DNA of 64,000 bases from Candidatus Hermodarchaeota archaeon. GTDB lineage: Archaea > Asgardarchaeota > Hermodarchaeia > Hermodarchaeales > Hermodarchaeaceae. Location of the stretch: assembly GCA_016839805.1 (NCBI GenBank), contig JAEOTO010000006.1:1-64000 (forward strand), given 5' to 3'. Shown piece by piece: positions 17,632 through 28,743 of this stretch. The first letter of the stretch is position 1, and each line of letters starts with the position of its first letter. The translations under genes and the position numbers were made by a program. Below the pieces are notes generated by a model that searched no databases, was not told where the DNA came from, and was given only the letters and a program-made list of their open reading frames with translations.

Positions 17632-19191
17632 TTAAAATTGCTCAGTATCCGTCATGGTGTGGAGAAGCATTCCTTCGACAGTAAAAGGCATTAAGTTTTT
17701 GGCGACGTTAATGGCGTCGCTAAGTTTTCCTTCACTTTCTGAGTAAATAGTAAGTACTGATTCGCCTTCTTTTACGCGAGATCCAACCTTTGCATGTAGG
17801 TAGAGACCTGCTCCATGGACTTTCGGGGTTCCTGCTGCCCGTGCAATTCTGACTAATGCACGATTGCTCAGTGTTGCTACATAACCATCAGAGGGGGCCT
17901 GCAAATCATAGGTTTGCTCTCCTACTGGAAGTTCTTTCGGAGTGATTTTTGGATTGCCATTTTGTGCTTCAATGATTTCACGCATCTTCTCTAGCGCTTT
18001 TCCTGAGGCTAGGATATCCTTGGCTAATTTCCGTCCTCCGCCTCGAACGGCAAGACCTCCCATTTCAAGAAGGATTCCGGCTAATCCCGTTGATTTCTCA
18101 ATAAGGCTAGTGGGACCTCTTCCCATCAGAGCTTCCATGGCTTCTTTGGCTTCGAGAGCCGGACCAATGGCATGTCCCACTGGTTGACTCCCATACGTCA
18201 TGGCACAATGAACATTGATATCAAGCTCATTGCCGACAGTGATAAAATCGTGACTTAGTTTTCGTGCTTCTTCCATTGTGGTTACTTTACATCCTTGACC
18301 AGTAGGGATATCCAGAACTAAATGTTGAATGCCCGTTGACATTTTTTTCGCCATTATTGATGCAATCATTTGAGGTCGGGGGTCAATTTGTAGTGGATGT
18401 TCGACACGAATGAAGAGATCATCAGCTGGAGCGAGGTTAAGTGCGCCGCCCCAGACAATGGCGGCATTACTCTTGCTCACAATCTCTTGTAATTCATCCA
18501 CTGTGAATTCAACATTGGCAAGAACTTCCATAGTATCTGCAGTTCCACTGGGGCTAGTAATTGCACGACTACTAGTTTTTGGTATTAACAGTCCCGCTGC
18601 AGCAACAATGGGAACAATCAGTAACGAGACCTTATTGCCGGGCACTCCACCGATACTATGTTTATCAAATACATTAGTACCAAAATCTAGCTGTTCACCC
18701 CTTTCAGTAATAGCCCGTGTAAGGTGGACAGTTTCTTCAAGAGAAAGACCAAGAATCTGTTCTGAGACTAGGAAAGCTGCCACGTCAATATCTAAAAGTC
18801 GTCCAGTTACCAGGTCATCGACAATGGCCTTAATCTCTTCTTCTTTAAGGGGAAAACCATCCATTTTTTTTCTAATCGCAAGAATTGAAGTTGGCTTTAC
18901 ATCACTTGTAACCTCTACAAAGCCCCCCTCCGTAACTCCTAGTTCTTTCTTAACCTCATCAAGAATCCCAACATTCCCTTGTTCTACTAATGAAGTTGAT
19001 TCCGCTATGGCAACAGTTTCCAGTTTTTTATATTTTAGAAGAACTCGTTCGCCTGCGAACATTGCTAAGTGTGTTATGTCTACAGGATTCAAGAGAATTT
19101 TTTGAACTCCGCCTGTATCCATATCAACGATTTGAGTTTTTAATTTCAACCAGGAGACTCTCCTTGGTAATAGTGAGAATTTGAGTATCAA
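17632..19191 (-). CDS. deoA: AMP phosphorylase
   Basis: DKHSIGGVPGNK, PKTSSRAITSPSGTADTME; N-terminal double-psi barrel-like domain. Confidence 0.93.
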   Translation of the reverse strand: MILKFSLLPRRVSWLKLKTQIVDMDTGGVQKILLNPVDITHLAMFAGERVLLKYKKLETVAIAESTSLVEQGNVGILDEVKKELGVTEGGFVEVTSDVKPTSILAIRKKMDGFPLKEEEIKAIVDDLVTGRLLDIDVAAFLVSEQILGLSLEETVHLTRAITERGEQLDFGTNVFDKHSIGGVPGNKVSLLIVPIVAAAGLLIPKTSSRAITSPSGTADTMEVLANVEFTVDELQEIVSKSNAAIVWGGALNLAPADDLFIRVEHPLQIDPRPQMIASIMAKKMSTGIQHLVLDIPTGQGCKVTTMEEARKLSHDFITVGNELDINVHCAMTYGSQPVGHAIGPALEAKEAMEALMGRGPTSLIEKSTGLAGILLEMGGLAVRGGGRKLAKDILASGKALEKMREIIEAQNGNPKITPKELPVGEQTYDLQAPSDGYVATLSNRALVRIARAAGTPKVHGAGLYLHAKVGSRVKEGESVLTIYSESEGKLSDAINVAKNLMPFTVEGMLLHTMTDTEQF

Positions 19192-19235
19192 TAGTCGGAT
19201 ATGGATTTTGGGGAATACCTCTTATAATTATGGCG

Positions 19236-19733
19236 TTACTGTAATTTTATTGCCATAAGCTGGGCATCTTCTCCGTTACGATAATAGGATCTTAAGATGC
19301 GGATTTTATGGAATCCGAGTTTCTCATACAGTTGGATGGCAGGGATGTTGGTCATTCGAACTTCTAATATGATCTCTTTTGCGTTGTAATCCTTCTCCAT
19401 AGCCTTCATTGATTGTTTGATTAATTCTGTGGCTAATCCCTGTCGACGGAAATCAGGGAGAACAGCGACACTAACAATATGGCCTCGTCGCATCCACCGC
19501 AGTCCGAAATTAGATATACCACCCTCCATACGGCACATAATGTATCCAATCACTTTCCCTTGAGTTTCAACAACATAGAAAGCCTTGGCATATCGGTCAT
19601 AGATATCACGAAAGAAATATTCGGGATAGTTCTCTGGGAGCGTTTCAAGATTGATCCTCATGATTTGGGGAATATCCTTCGGATCTGCTTTTCGTACTAC
19701 GAAACCCTGAAGTTCTGTCACTGGAATCAGCAA
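19236..19733 (-). CDS. ard1: N-terminal protein acetyltransferase (Ard1/RimI)
   Basis: LPENYP, GHIVSVAV, RRQGLA, LEVR..N..AI.LY, YYRNGEDA. Confidence 0.92.
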   Translation of the reverse strand: MLIPVTELQGFVVRKADPKDIPQIMRINLETLPENYPEYFFRDIYDRYAKAFYVVETQGKVIGYIMCRMEGGISNFGLRWMRRGHIVSVAVLPDFRRQGLATELIKQSMKAMEKDYNAKEIILEVRMTNIPAIQLYEKLGFHKIRILRSYYRNGEDAQLMAIKLQ

Positions 19734-19830
19734 ATAGAGTTCTTTACATCAGAGAATTAAAAATTAACCGCATAACCATTTGGAAAACTTTATGTGGATT
19801 GGTTCTCAGGCGTGTTTAGTTTTCCGGTGA

Positions 19831-21069
19831 TTGCTGGTGTCTGACGATTTACCTCCACAGAATGATGATACTGACAAATCTGCTGGAGACACAACACCAG
19901 TAAATTCAGACTCATATATTCCGGATAATTATCTTCTCAAACTTCGAGATATCGTCAATGAAGAGTTCGTCGTTCAATACGCCTATATTGACGCCTATGA
20001 TAATTTGCCCATTTTCGTTATTCGAGAAGATCCTAGGATTAAAGAACGGTCCACCCGCCTTACAAAAAAACTAGAATCACACAATCTGCTTGCAGTTATT
20101 CGCCAAGTTGAGCTGTTCGAAGGGACAGGCGATAGAAGCACGGTTATTAAGCTTGTTCCTGCACCACCCACTAGGCGGGCTCGCAGTTATACGATGAACA
20201 TCATCCTTTTCGCCGCGACATTAAGTACGGTGTTATTTGCAGGATGGTTCTTCGCAACTAGTGCACCATTTGTGTTTATTTACATCAATATCTTCGGTGT
20301 TACATACAACCCCTATATTGTCATGATTCAATATTCCGTTGCCATTCTGGCGATAATCGGACTCCATGAGTTTGGCCACTACCTTACTAGTCGATTACAT
20401 CGTGTTGACGCTTCATTACCATACTTCATTCCAGGATTTTATTATGGTACTTTTGGTGCTCTAATCGTGCAGCGTACCCCCCCACCAAATCGCGATAGTC
20501 TCTTTGATTTGGGGGTTAGTGGGCCTGTCGTCGGTTTTGTTGTTGCGGTAATTGTTCTTGTATTTGGATTATGGTTGAGTCCTATTCTCAGTCCTTCAGA
20601 GCTAGCTCAGCTAACAACCTTCTTACAGACAATTAACGTGCCTTTGAGCACTCTTCCCACACCTATTTTGTTTGATTTAATTTGGTATGTTATGACGATT
20701 GGAATTCCCTCAGGATATACTGCGTATATTCACCCCGTCGCTTTCGCTGGATGGGTTGGGTTCCTTATTACGTCCCTCAATTACTTTCCAATTGGTCAGC
20801 TAGATGGAGGGCATGTTTCTCGATCACTAGTGGGAGGAAAATACCATAGAATCGTTTCCTATATCGGAATCTTCCTTCTCTTCATCTTTGGCTACTGGTT
20901 TATGGCAATGATTGCCTTCTTCCTCTTTGCAGGTCGTCATCCCGGACCAGTTGACGATGTTTCACCAGTAAGTACTTGGAGGAAAATTGTCGGACCAATA
21001 TCTTATCTGATGGTTATTTTGTTACTTCCCCCACTTACAATTCCATTCCTCTTCTTCCCCATTCCTTAG
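19831..21069 (+). CDS. Site-2 protease (peptidase M50)
   Basis: HEFGH, GP..GF, LNYFPIGQLDGGH; multiple TM. Confidence 0.92.
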   Translation: MLVSDDLPPQNDDTDKSAGDTTPVNSDSYIPDNYLLKLRDIVNEEFVVQYAYIDAYDNLPIFVIREDPRIKERSTRLTKKLESHNLLAVIRQVELFEGTGDRSTVIKLVPAPPTRRARSYTMNIILFAATLSTVLFAGWFFATSAPFVFIYINIFGVTYNPYIVMIQYSVAILAIIGLHEFGHYLTSRLHRVDASLPYFIPGFYYGTFGALIVQRTPPPNRDSLFDLGVSGPVVGFVVAVIVLVFGLWLSPILSPSELAQLTTFLQTINVPLSTLPTPILFDLIWYVMTIGIPSGYTAYIHPVAFAGWVGFLITSLNYFPIGQLDGGHVSRSLVGGKYHRIVSYIGIFLLFIFGYWFMAMIAFFLFAGRHPGPVDDVSPVSTWRKIVGPISYLMVILLLPPLTIPFLFFPIP

Positions 21070-21105
21070 TGGGTAATCTATTTTCTCTTCTCTATAATAG
21101 CGTCA

Positions 21106-22371
21106 TTAGGTGGTTGGAAGGACAGCTGTTCCATGCGGCATAGCCCACACTGTAGCATCATGACCTACTTGCTCAAAAGCTTCATCTAAGGCGGTCTTCA
21201 ACGATTTGAAGGGTGTCACATAATAATACTCCTTGAGTTCATCGGGATCTAACTTAGAAATTAGATATTGATGAACTCGGTTCGCTCCCTGAGCCATGTA
21301 AAAGATTTTGTGACCACCCATAATGAAGTTCGTTTGGATTTGATGACTGAGTTCATCATATGAACGATATTGATGAGCCCATTCCTCGAAGACCTTATGT
21401 CCGATACCCTCACGACATTCAAGGAGAGAGATTAAGACGCCTCCATCACGCACCGCTCCAAGGGCATGAACCATAGCCTTTGTCCCTTGGTAGAGGTTAA
21501 TATCCTTGGGATAACCTGCACTTGTTATTACTATATCAGCTCTTTCTTGGATTTTCACTCGCCCCATTTCATCAGTAATTTTCACCCCTTCAAGAAATGC
21601 TTGTTCAAGGTCACCAGCAAAAGCTGAGACTATTTCTTTGTGAGTGTTTCGTACAATATTGACAATAAAGTCAACACGCGCTAGTTTCGCAGCTTCGGTC
21701 ATATCAAGGTGAATGGGGTTCTCCTCAAGGTTTCCAGTGACAGCTTTGGGATGTGTTAACATGCCATGGTTTTTGTTAATAGCAGTGCGTCCAGCTACTG
21801 CGGGTAAAAGGCTTTTCCGACCGCCTCCAAACCCCGCATAATAATGATAACCAATATCACCCGTAAGAAGGTGCAGATCCGCTTCATGAAAAGTCCGGTT
21901 AATTTCCACTTCTGTTCCATAGGAAGTAGTACCGATGTGAACAAGGTCATTTGCATCACAGTTATGGACTTCAATCCGGTAACCCTGACAGGATACATCA
22001 CAAAGAAGTTGTTGCTGTTCTTCCTGTGTTGTAGGGCGGTGAGTTCCGGTTCCAAAGATAATTGTAATATCCTTTTCTTCCACACCTGCTCTTTGTAGCT
22101 GTTCAACAAGTGGGTTAATCAGAATGTGGCAGGGAAGACCGCGTGTATGATCGTCTACAACAATGGAAACCGTTTGTCTCGGTTTCGCAATTTCACTCAA
22201 AGACGGAGATCCAATCGGATTGCGAATAGCCTCTGAAACAACATTATTTGGATTAGTAACTCCGGCAATAGGTTTGGCGTCTAAGAGACCGAGAAAATTT
22301 TTATCCGGTATCTCAAGGTTTACTCGATCAGTTCCATACAAGAAATTCACTTTGGTCACACTATTCACCAA
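21106..22371 (-). CDS. larA: Nickel-pincer-dependent lactate racemase family protein
   Basis: DDHTR, GTHR, HYYAGFGGGRKS, NLYQGTK. Confidence 0.9.
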   Translation of the reverse strand: MVNSVTKVNFLYGTDRVNLEIPDKNFLGLLDAKPIAGVTNPNNVVSEAIRNPIGSPSLSEIAKPRQTVSIVVDDHTRGLPCHILINPLVEQLQRAGVEEKDITIIFGTGTHRPTTQEEQQQLLCDVSCQGYRIEVHNCDANDLVHIGTTSYGTEVEINRTFHEADLHLLTGDIGYHYYAGFGGGRKSLLPAVAGRTAINKNHGMLTHPKAVTGNLEENPIHLDMTEAAKLARVDFIVNIVRNTHKEIVSAFAGDLEQAFLEGVKITDEMGRVKIQERADIVITSAGYPKDINLYQGTKAMVHALGAVRDGGVLISLLECREGIGHKVFEEWAHQYRSYDELSHQIQTNFIMGGHKIFYMAQGANRVHQYLISKLDPDELKEYYYVTPFKSLKTALDEAFEQVGHDATVWAMPHGTAVLPTT

Positions 22372-22458
22372 ATTGACTTGGACAATAGAATGAGTTCGTC
22401 ACAGTACAAAAGAATTCTGTCTTAACATCATTACTGATGAAATACATGTCTTCCTTCC

Positions 22459-23790
22459 TTAGAGGACACCCTGTCGTTGGAGTTTAGCGATTTCATCAAA
22501 CTTCTTCGGAAGATATTCTTCAGTAACAAAACTTAGACCATAGCGGCTAAATGCCTGCTGTTCTGCTTTTCGTCCATTCTTTAGAAACAACTTCAACTCT
22601 TTTTGCCAGAACTTGGATTGATAACGCGGATCCTTAAGCAGGTCTTGCGTGCGTTTTTTGTCTGTATCTGTAAATGGGTCGCTTGGAAGATTATATTTCT
22701 GAATATCAGAAGCCCAAACTCCCATCCATATCGCATCAGGAGTCGCAAGGCCCCGTAGGTGCGCTGCGGAGGCACTCCCTGATATAATAACCATCGCGAT
22801 GTGCGCGCCCCATGGGTCTGCGTCAACGAATAGAAATGTGGGTAAGTTCAATTCATATCGAAGTCTTCTGATGATTCGTCGAACACTTCGTGGGGCTTGA
22901 CCAGCTGTGTGTATAAGGATTGCATTGTGCGTGTCATAGACTGCATCTTCGACAAAGCGAGTGAACATACCACCCGATTCAATAGCAATTACTTTGTCTG
23001 CCTTGCAATCAATGAATTTAGATGATGTGAGGTAGGGTCCTATCATCAGACCATCTGGATGATCAGTAAGGTTAACGCGCTTCCCTGCATATTTCTGTGG
23101 TGCTGTATATTCAATTGTGAGATTCCCGTACATAGCCGCTCGTTCTTCAGGAAAGACTCGAAATGATTCCCGTGGAGTCTTTAGTTTCGCTTCAACGTCT
23201 GTAATAGAAGTGTCACTTTCACTTTGTTGTCCAAATTTTACACCGTAACCGAAGGATTGATAATAAATATCTCGTAAGGTGCTTGATTTCTTTTCTGAAA
23301 GGAGCTCCTTAAGGAAACGCATCACCCACACAAACTGGCTAAAACTTCGAATTTGTCCAACATTGCGCGTTGAGCGGGTTACTGTTTTGTCTGCCAGAAC
23401 GTATTGCCCGAGTTCTTGGTCAAAACGAATATTACTAGTACTTCGGCTAGGTAGATCAATCTCAGGAAACTCTCCTTTTGTTAGGGTTCTATACATGCCT
23501 CTTCCGATGGTCTGCATGTCTGATTTTATCTCATCATCTGTCTTTTGTTCCTCTTTGAAAGCTTTGGGTTCTTTCTTAATTTGGCTAATTCGTTTCGCCT
23601 CAGCTTTTACTAAACGCCATTCGAGCTGACCACCCCTTTTTCGTGCCTCTGCTAACCCTTCCTTTTCTAGCCTCTTCAGTATTCGACGGAGTCGACCGGA
23701 ATCAGTTTTAAGAAGTTTAGCAATGCGTTTTGTAGGTTTCCATCGACGTGAGAGCTTTTCCATCACTTGATCTGGAGTTAATTCTGACAT
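22459..23790 (-). CDS. top6A: DNA topoisomerase VI subunit A with N-terminal wHTH extension
   Basis: TLRDIYY catalytic Tyr, IESGGMF, D.DPWG TOPRIM, KAEQQA. Confidence 0.95.
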   Translation of the reverse strand: MSELTPDQVMEKLSRRWKPTKRIAKLLKTDSGRLRRILKRLEKEGLAEARKRGGQLEWRLVKAEAKRISQIKKEPKAFKEEQKTDDEIKSDMQTIGRGMYRTLTKGEFPEIDLPSRSTSNIRFDQELGQYVLADKTVTRSTRNVGQIRSFSQFVWVMRFLKELLSEKKSSTLRDIYYQSFGYGVKFGQQSESDTSITDVEAKLKTPRESFRVFPEERAAMYGNLTIEYTAPQKYAGKRVNLTDHPDGLMIGPYLTSSKFIDCKADKVIAIESGGMFTRFVEDAVYDTHNAILIHTAGQAPRSVRRIIRRLRYELNLPTFLFVDADPWGAHIAMVIISGSASAAHLRGLATPDAIWMGVWASDIQKYNLPSDPFTDTDKKRTQDLLKDPRYQSKFWQKELKLFLKNGRKAEQQAFSRYGLSFVTEEYLPKKFDEIAKLQRQGVL

Positions 23791-23807
23791 TTTTCAATCC
23801 TCCCTGG

Positions 23808-25496
23808 TTATTCTTCCTCCACGGATTCGTCAGTGTCATCGATTTCAGGAGGGGTCGTTGTAAGGATTCCTTCTTCTACTGGTGTGGGTTCTTCTGCTTC
23901 TACATCTTCATCTAATTTTATCGTCAAGGCGCTTTGAGCAAGAGCTTTTGTATCAGGAATCTTTCGTCGCCCAGCTAGGGCTGATATATCGCGAGCGATG
24001 ATGGGGAGATACTTTTCATAGACACTAGCACGAACCTGTTCACGCTGCACCTTTTCTTTTTGTCTCAGGTGTCCTTTCAAATTACGAGCGCATTCCATCA
24101 GTCCCATCCGAATATCATATTCGAGCTCAGTAAGATCTGCGATGAATTCCTTTCCTGCAGTTTTGAATGGAATTTTAGTGCTGACTACAGCGACAAACGC
24201 GGCAATGGGCATTCCGGGGCGAATACGATATCGGGACCAAGGAATCGCACGAACAATCTTTGCGGAGACGTCTTTGTACTCGTCAAAGATGAGGGGAATC
24301 CGGTTGGCAAAGCGGTAGATGATAATCGATTCCTTCATGGGAACTCCGCCCCCATAGGCTAGACCACATTCGACAATGAAGGGATGTCCACCATAACTAT
24401 TGGGAGGTCGTTGGGTGACGTGAACAAATTCAGGGTTCAAGGTTGACCGAATGCCAAGTTCAAGTAGTTTTATACCCAGTGGAGATAAGACTCGTGCATC
24501 TGGTGGTAACCACTTATTAAACACCTCAAGCCCTCGGGCAATTTTCACCAAATCATTTGGTTTTAAGGCTCGCGGATCCTGGGAAAAGGGCATGTTAATG
24601 GTCTTAAGAAATGCTTTGGCTGTTTTCGGTCCAACGCGATGAAAATGTGTACGTAGGAAGGTTACCATGTCCCTCGTTTTCGTATCCTCAATTAATCGTG
24701 AGAGCTGCTCGATATCCATACCCTTGGGATGTGGATTTACGGGTGTAGGTGGTGGTGGTAGTTTTTTGACTGATCGTTTGAAATCATGAATTGTTCCATC
24801 AGGCTCGGTGAATTTCAAATGGGCATACGGTGTTATCAAGGCTGTCTGTTCAATGTAGTCGATAATAAACCTTTTAGCTGATCGCCAGTTTCCTTCAAGG
24901 GTAAATTCTAGGGTACAGCCATGTTTTTTATCTCGGTTCTTGCGGCGTTCCCATTTCACCAATTCAGGTTTGTTTTCTTCGATATCCTGGCGTAACAACA
25001 CTTCGAAGATATGATCTTCATCGACAGGGGCTGTAATAACATGTAATGGTTCACTAGTGGTAATCTGCCCAAAAAGAAACGCCATTTTTCCGCCAAGCCC
25101 AAACCGCCCTCGTGCTTGTTTATGCTCATACTTAGATCCATAAAGTATCTGGCCAAATGCAGGGAGGATGTGATCTCGGGGAACCCCAATACCATTATCC
25201 TTTACGCGTAATTTGTACCAATTAGAGGAGACTTCAGATAATTTTACATCAATGGTGGGTAAAAACCCTCCATCTTCACAAGCATCAAGTGAGTTTTCCA
25301 CTAGTTCACGCACTGCTGTGTACAATGCGCGCATGTTATTATCGAAGCCAGCTATTGACCGATTTCGGTAAAAGAAATCAGCAGGAGATATCGATTCAAA
25401 AGTTACACCTGTTGTTGCCATTTCAACCGCCATTATCTTCTCGTTCTGTGTCAACACTCCCAGGACCTGCCTTGGAGTAGGTGCCTTGAACAGCAT
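23808..25496 (-). CDS. top6B: DNA topoisomerase VI subunit B
   Basis: ELVENSLDA, DNGIG, QARGRFGLG, RFANRIPL, KIPFK; acidic tail. Confidence 0.95.
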   Translation of the reverse strand: MLFKAPTPRQVLGVLTQNEKIMAVEMATTGVTFESISPADFFYRNRSIAGFDNNMRALYTAVRELVENSLDACEDGGFLPTIDVKLSEVSSNWYKLRVKDNGIGVPRDHILPAFGQILYGSKYEHKQARGRFGLGGKMAFLFGQITTSEPLHVITAPVDEDHIFEVLLRQDIEENKPELVKWERRKNRDKKHGCTLEFTLEGNWRSAKRFIIDYIEQTALITPYAHLKFTEPDGTIHDFKRSVKKLPPPPTPVNPHPKGMDIEQLSRLIEDTKTRDMVTFLRTHFHRVGPKTAKAFLKTINMPFSQDPRALKPNDLVKIARGLEVFNKWLPPDARVLSPLGIKLLELGIRSTLNPEFVHVTQRPPNSYGGHPFIVECGLAYGGGVPMKESIIIYRFANRIPLIFDEYKDVSAKIVRAIPWSRYRIRPGMPIAAFVAVVSTKIPFKTAGKEFIADLTELEYDIRMGLMECARNLKGHLRQKEKVQREQVRASVYEKYLPIIARDISALAGRRKIPDTKALAQSALTIKLDEDVEAEEPTPVEEGILTTTPPEIDDTDESVEEE

Positions 25497-25534
25497 AGAC
25501 TTTCAGATAAACGGTTAAAAAGTATCTGGCTATA

Positions 25535-26134
25535 TCACGCTGGCGGTTCATTATTTTCGAGTTCTTCACCCTCTTCTCGGGGTGAAAAGCTGTCACAAAG
25601 CACCGAAGTTACCAGAAACACAACAATGAGCACGATTACAGAACTCCATCCAACGATGGGCTCTAAGAGAAGCAACGTCAGGAAACCAAGGTATCGGACG
25701 CTACCAATCACTTTAGCGATGATATCATCCGCAGTTCGATTTCCATAATCAGGTCCAGGATTATTGTCACCCTTTGTAAAAAAGTACAGCTGACCCGATA
25801 CATCTTGGATTTCAATGATTCGGTGAACTATGGGCACACTACCTGATGGAAATCCAAGAGACGTCGCGTCATAGATTATGATATCCCCAACTCGTAATGT
25901 GGTTGGATCAACAGCTCGTACTATAACGAAATCTCCCCGATACAGCGCTGGCTCCATTGACCCTGATTCTACAGCGAGTAATGGTGTAGGGGTTTGAAGA
26001 TAGATCTGGAGTCCAATTCCGGTACCCCATATGACAACTAATGCTAGGGCAATAACTGCAACATCTTCGATGAGTTCGCGCTTCCAGCTTTTATTTTGGG
26101 TCAATCTGAGTACCTCAGAGTATATTTTGTTCAA
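25535..26134 (-). CDS. sec11: Signal peptidase I (Sec11-type)
   Basis: VESGSMEP, GD, PIVHRI, TKGDNN..D. Confidence 0.92.
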   Translation of the reverse strand: MNKIYSEVLRLTQNKSWKRELIEDVAVIALALVVIWGTGIGLQIYLQTPTPLLAVESGSMEPALYRGDFVIVRAVDPTTLRVGDIIIYDATSLGFPSGSVPIVHRIIEIQDVSGQLYFFTKGDNNPGPDYGNRTADDIIAKVIGSVRYLGFLTLLLLEPIVGWSSVIVLIVVFLVTSVLCDSFSPREEGEELENNEPPA

Positions 26135-26214
26135 ATGAAGCGTTATTTTCCATTAAAAGGTATACGTAGCTGGTATTGTTGACCTAATGATTTTTAGCAA
26201 CCTACCCATTATCC

Positions 26215-26985
26215 ATGAACCGGTGTCTCTTAATGCACTTTATATCCAAAATTCTTCGAGATACGATAGATGACTCCGTTCATCGTGCCTTTCTCAGATA
26301 TGGGAAAGGTGAGTATGCGGGTCCAGCCGCTCAGGTGGCTATTACACGTACCGGGAAGGTCAAAGTTCGGTCAACCTACCTATATCAGGATTTAGTGGCA
26401 TCAGTTTTTCTCAAGCTTATGCCTATTGACACCATCTCAATTTCTGGTGTTGTCTTAGGCTATGCACTATTGGATGAAGAATTATCTGTCCTAGGTATTG
26501 ATGCAGAACCGTTCAAAAAGAAGCCACGAACCCAGCTCTATCAATCAAAAATTACTGGAGAATACTCAGTTAACAAAGTGGCTTTACTTTACGATGATAT
26601 TGGCGAAAACGCCTATATTTTTTGTAATTTAACTGCAAATCAGGGTTGGGTGCATAAATCGAAGACCAAAATTCCATCCGCACAAAAGGAAGCACTAATT
26701 GAAGAGCGAATAAAGTTTAGTTCCACAAACATTCCCGCTGGGACTGAATTTGTTACTCTCCTTTTACAAGAACTCACTCCTGATTTCTTAAACGACATTC
26801 CTTCGAAGTTTACCTCACTGCGGATCGAAAACACCTATCAAATTCAGGACCTAGTTTTCCCATCTAACAAAGACAAGCTTACCTCAAAAGAAATACGGCT
26901 GAAAACAAAACGCAGTGGAATCCTTCATCGAAAACTAATCGTCGATGACTCAGAATTCATAAATAAACATATTATGATGGTGTAG
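26215..26985 (+). CDS. Hypothetical protein
   Basis: 256-aa ORF between genes; no recognised motif. Confidence 0.75.
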   Translation: MNRCLLMHFISKILRDTIDDSVHRAFLRYGKGEYAGPAAQVAITRTGKVKVRSTYLYQDLVASVFLKLMPIDTISISGVVLGYALLDEELSVLGIDAEPFKKKPRTQLYQSKITGEYSVNKVALLYDDIGENAYIFCNLTANQGWVHKSKTKIPSAQKEALIEERIKFSSTNIPAGTEFVTLLLQELTPDFLNDIPSKFTSLRIENTYQIQDLVFPSNKDKLTSKEIRLKTKRSGILHRKLIVDDSEFINKHIMMV

Positions 26986-27068
26986 CAACACTACTTAGAG
27001 CCGACTAGCCCCCGAACCAAAAAATAATTAAAATGGTGAAGCTGTTGACTCACCCCTGTTATCACTAG

Positions 27069-27284
27069 GTGTCAAGTACAATGCAATTTTCACTCTTTCT
27101 TCCTTGGTATCCCGTCTATGGAGCCCTTCTCATCGCCTTAGCCATTCTCATTAGTATTTGGCTAATTTACATCGTCGAAAAGGCACGAGAGCCTCCTAAA
27201 GTGAAAATTATTATTGCCATAATTCTGATTGCGCTGGCATGCGGTTTTGGTGTGCAATTCATCCTTGTGGCATTAGCATTATAG
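27069..27284 (+). CDS. Small 2-TM membrane protein
   Basis: Two hydrophobic helices joined by EKAREPPKVK. Confidence 0.65.
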   Translation: MSSTMQFSLFLPWYPVYGALLIALAILISIWLIYIVEKAREPPKVKIIIAIILIALACGFGVQFILVALAL

Positions 27285-27325
27285 TAATTTAATGCAAATC
27301 ATAAATTTGTTGGGATATTACACAA

Positions 27326-28543
27326 TTAAAATAAGCGAACCTTCTTGTCTAATATGAGCTGTTGGACTGAACAAACGTCCGCTAATTCCGCATCGAGAAT
27401 TCCAATTACGCTCTTTTCTATGTCATTCCACGAACCTTGGTCCTCGACTACTAATTCAGCAGAAGCTATTAGTGGTTGATCAATTGGATATCCAATTCGT
27501 GTAAGGATTTTGACATAGATTTCCGAAACTCGCGATTCTTCCTTTATCACGTGGTCGGCAATGAGTTGGGCAAGAACGTTGTAGATTTTTCCAACATGAT
27601 TTTGCGGGTTCTTGCCTGCTGTTGCCTCAAGACTCATTGGTCGACAAGGTGTAATCAAACCATTTGCACGATTCCCTCGACCAACTCCTGCATCATCACC
27701 CATTTCGGCTGAAGTGCCTGTTATCGTTAGGTAATATGAACCACGTTTTGGATCGTCTGCTGAGTTGACTACAATATTGACTTCTCGGTTAGTGATTTTT
27801 TTAGATTGATCAAGAACGGCATCAGTAATGTCGTTCAACACGCCTTTATAATGATCAGCATCTGGGATAAGGGGGGCGAGTAAGGCTGCAGCAATAGTGA
27901 GTTGAATATCATCATTCGTACGCAAACCCATTATCTTAATATCTTCGCCTACTTCTGGATGTTTTTTCTTGAAAGCATCTGAATTTAGAAGTTGTTCGGT
28001 CTGAAAGACTAGTTCCTCGGTCTCAGAGAAAGGTGCAAAGGCTACACCAAAACTGGTATCATTTGCTCGAGGAATATCATCAACAGCTATCTCAAAGACA
28101 TGCGTCAAATCTGCGGAACCTGGTTTAACCTTATAATCCATTAAGACCTGTTCTGTGGGATCAAGAAACCGTAACGTGTTTTTTAACGTTTTATTAATTG
28201 AACTAAGTGTGAGGGTACCAAGTGGAACACGATGAAGTTCTCCTTCTTTGAAGACCTCAGTTGTTGCACGACCCACGACACAAATGTAGATTGGTTCAAG
28301 CAGCTCTCCACCACCAAAGGTGACCAGAGCGCGACCACCAGCAATTGATCCTTTGTCGACATTATGGTGAAGAATCCGACCAAAATTATCAATATAATAA
28401 TTACACAGATTTACTCCAACATCTTCGACAACTGCATCGAGAATCGTATCTGGATGGCCTTTTCCTTTTCTTTCAACAATTTCGAGGGATTGTTGTTCTA
28501 TAGGTAACGCTTGAGCTTTTCCCACAGCAATATTTCGTGACAT
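27326..28543 (-). CDS. mat: S-adenosylmethionine synthetase, archaeal type
   Basis: [47 protein letters not shown]. Confidence 0.95.
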   Translation of the reverse strand: MSRNIAVGKAQALPIEQQSLEIVERKGKGHPDTILDAVVEDVGVNLCNYYIDNFGRILHHNVDKGSIAGGRALVTFGGGELLEPIYICVVGRATTEVFKEGELHRVPLGTLTLSSINKTLKNTLRFLDPTEQVLMDYKVKPGSADLTHVFEIAVDDIPRANDTSFGVAFAPFSETEELVFQTEQLLNSDAFKKKHPEVGEDIKIMGLRTNDDIQLTIAAALLAPLIPDADHYKGVLNDITDAVLDQSKKITNREVNIVVNSADDPKRGSYYLTITGTSAEMGDDAGVGRGNRANGLITPCRPMSLEATAGKNPQNHVGKIYNVLAQLIADHVIKEESRVSEIYVKILTRIGYPIDQPLIASAELVVEDQGSWNDIEKSVIGILDAELADVCSVQQLILDKKVRLF

Positions 28544-28611
28544 TCTAAGTCATCTCAGGTAAGCCGGCATGGATGATATTGTTTTTTAAGAATTTCCTCC
28601 GTACATCTTGT

Positions 28612-28632
28612 AATATTCGCTAGACGAATATT
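28612..28632. promoter_or_regulatory. Inverted repeat in divergent intergenic region (candidate operator)
   Basis: AATATTCG-CTAGA-CGAATATT, perfect 8-bp arms. Confidence 0.4.
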
Positions 28633-28743
28633 CGAAGGAGGTTAGATGCCATAACACTTAAGCCAGTCTAATCCTACTTCCTAGTATCCTCGTGGCTACC
28701 TAGCGTTAGGGCTGATATCAAAGGTATCGAGGAGTGATAGGGT

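Noticed and set aside
18410-19105. 231-aa antisense ORF, and many shorter shadow ORFs in the track
   Set aside because: Lie opposite or within well-supported genes and show no motifs.
25676-25700. CGTC-N17-GACG palindrome resembling the skew-switch motif (also 22353-22378)
   Set aside because: No evident skew change there; such short palindromes arise by chance, which also tempers the motif claim.
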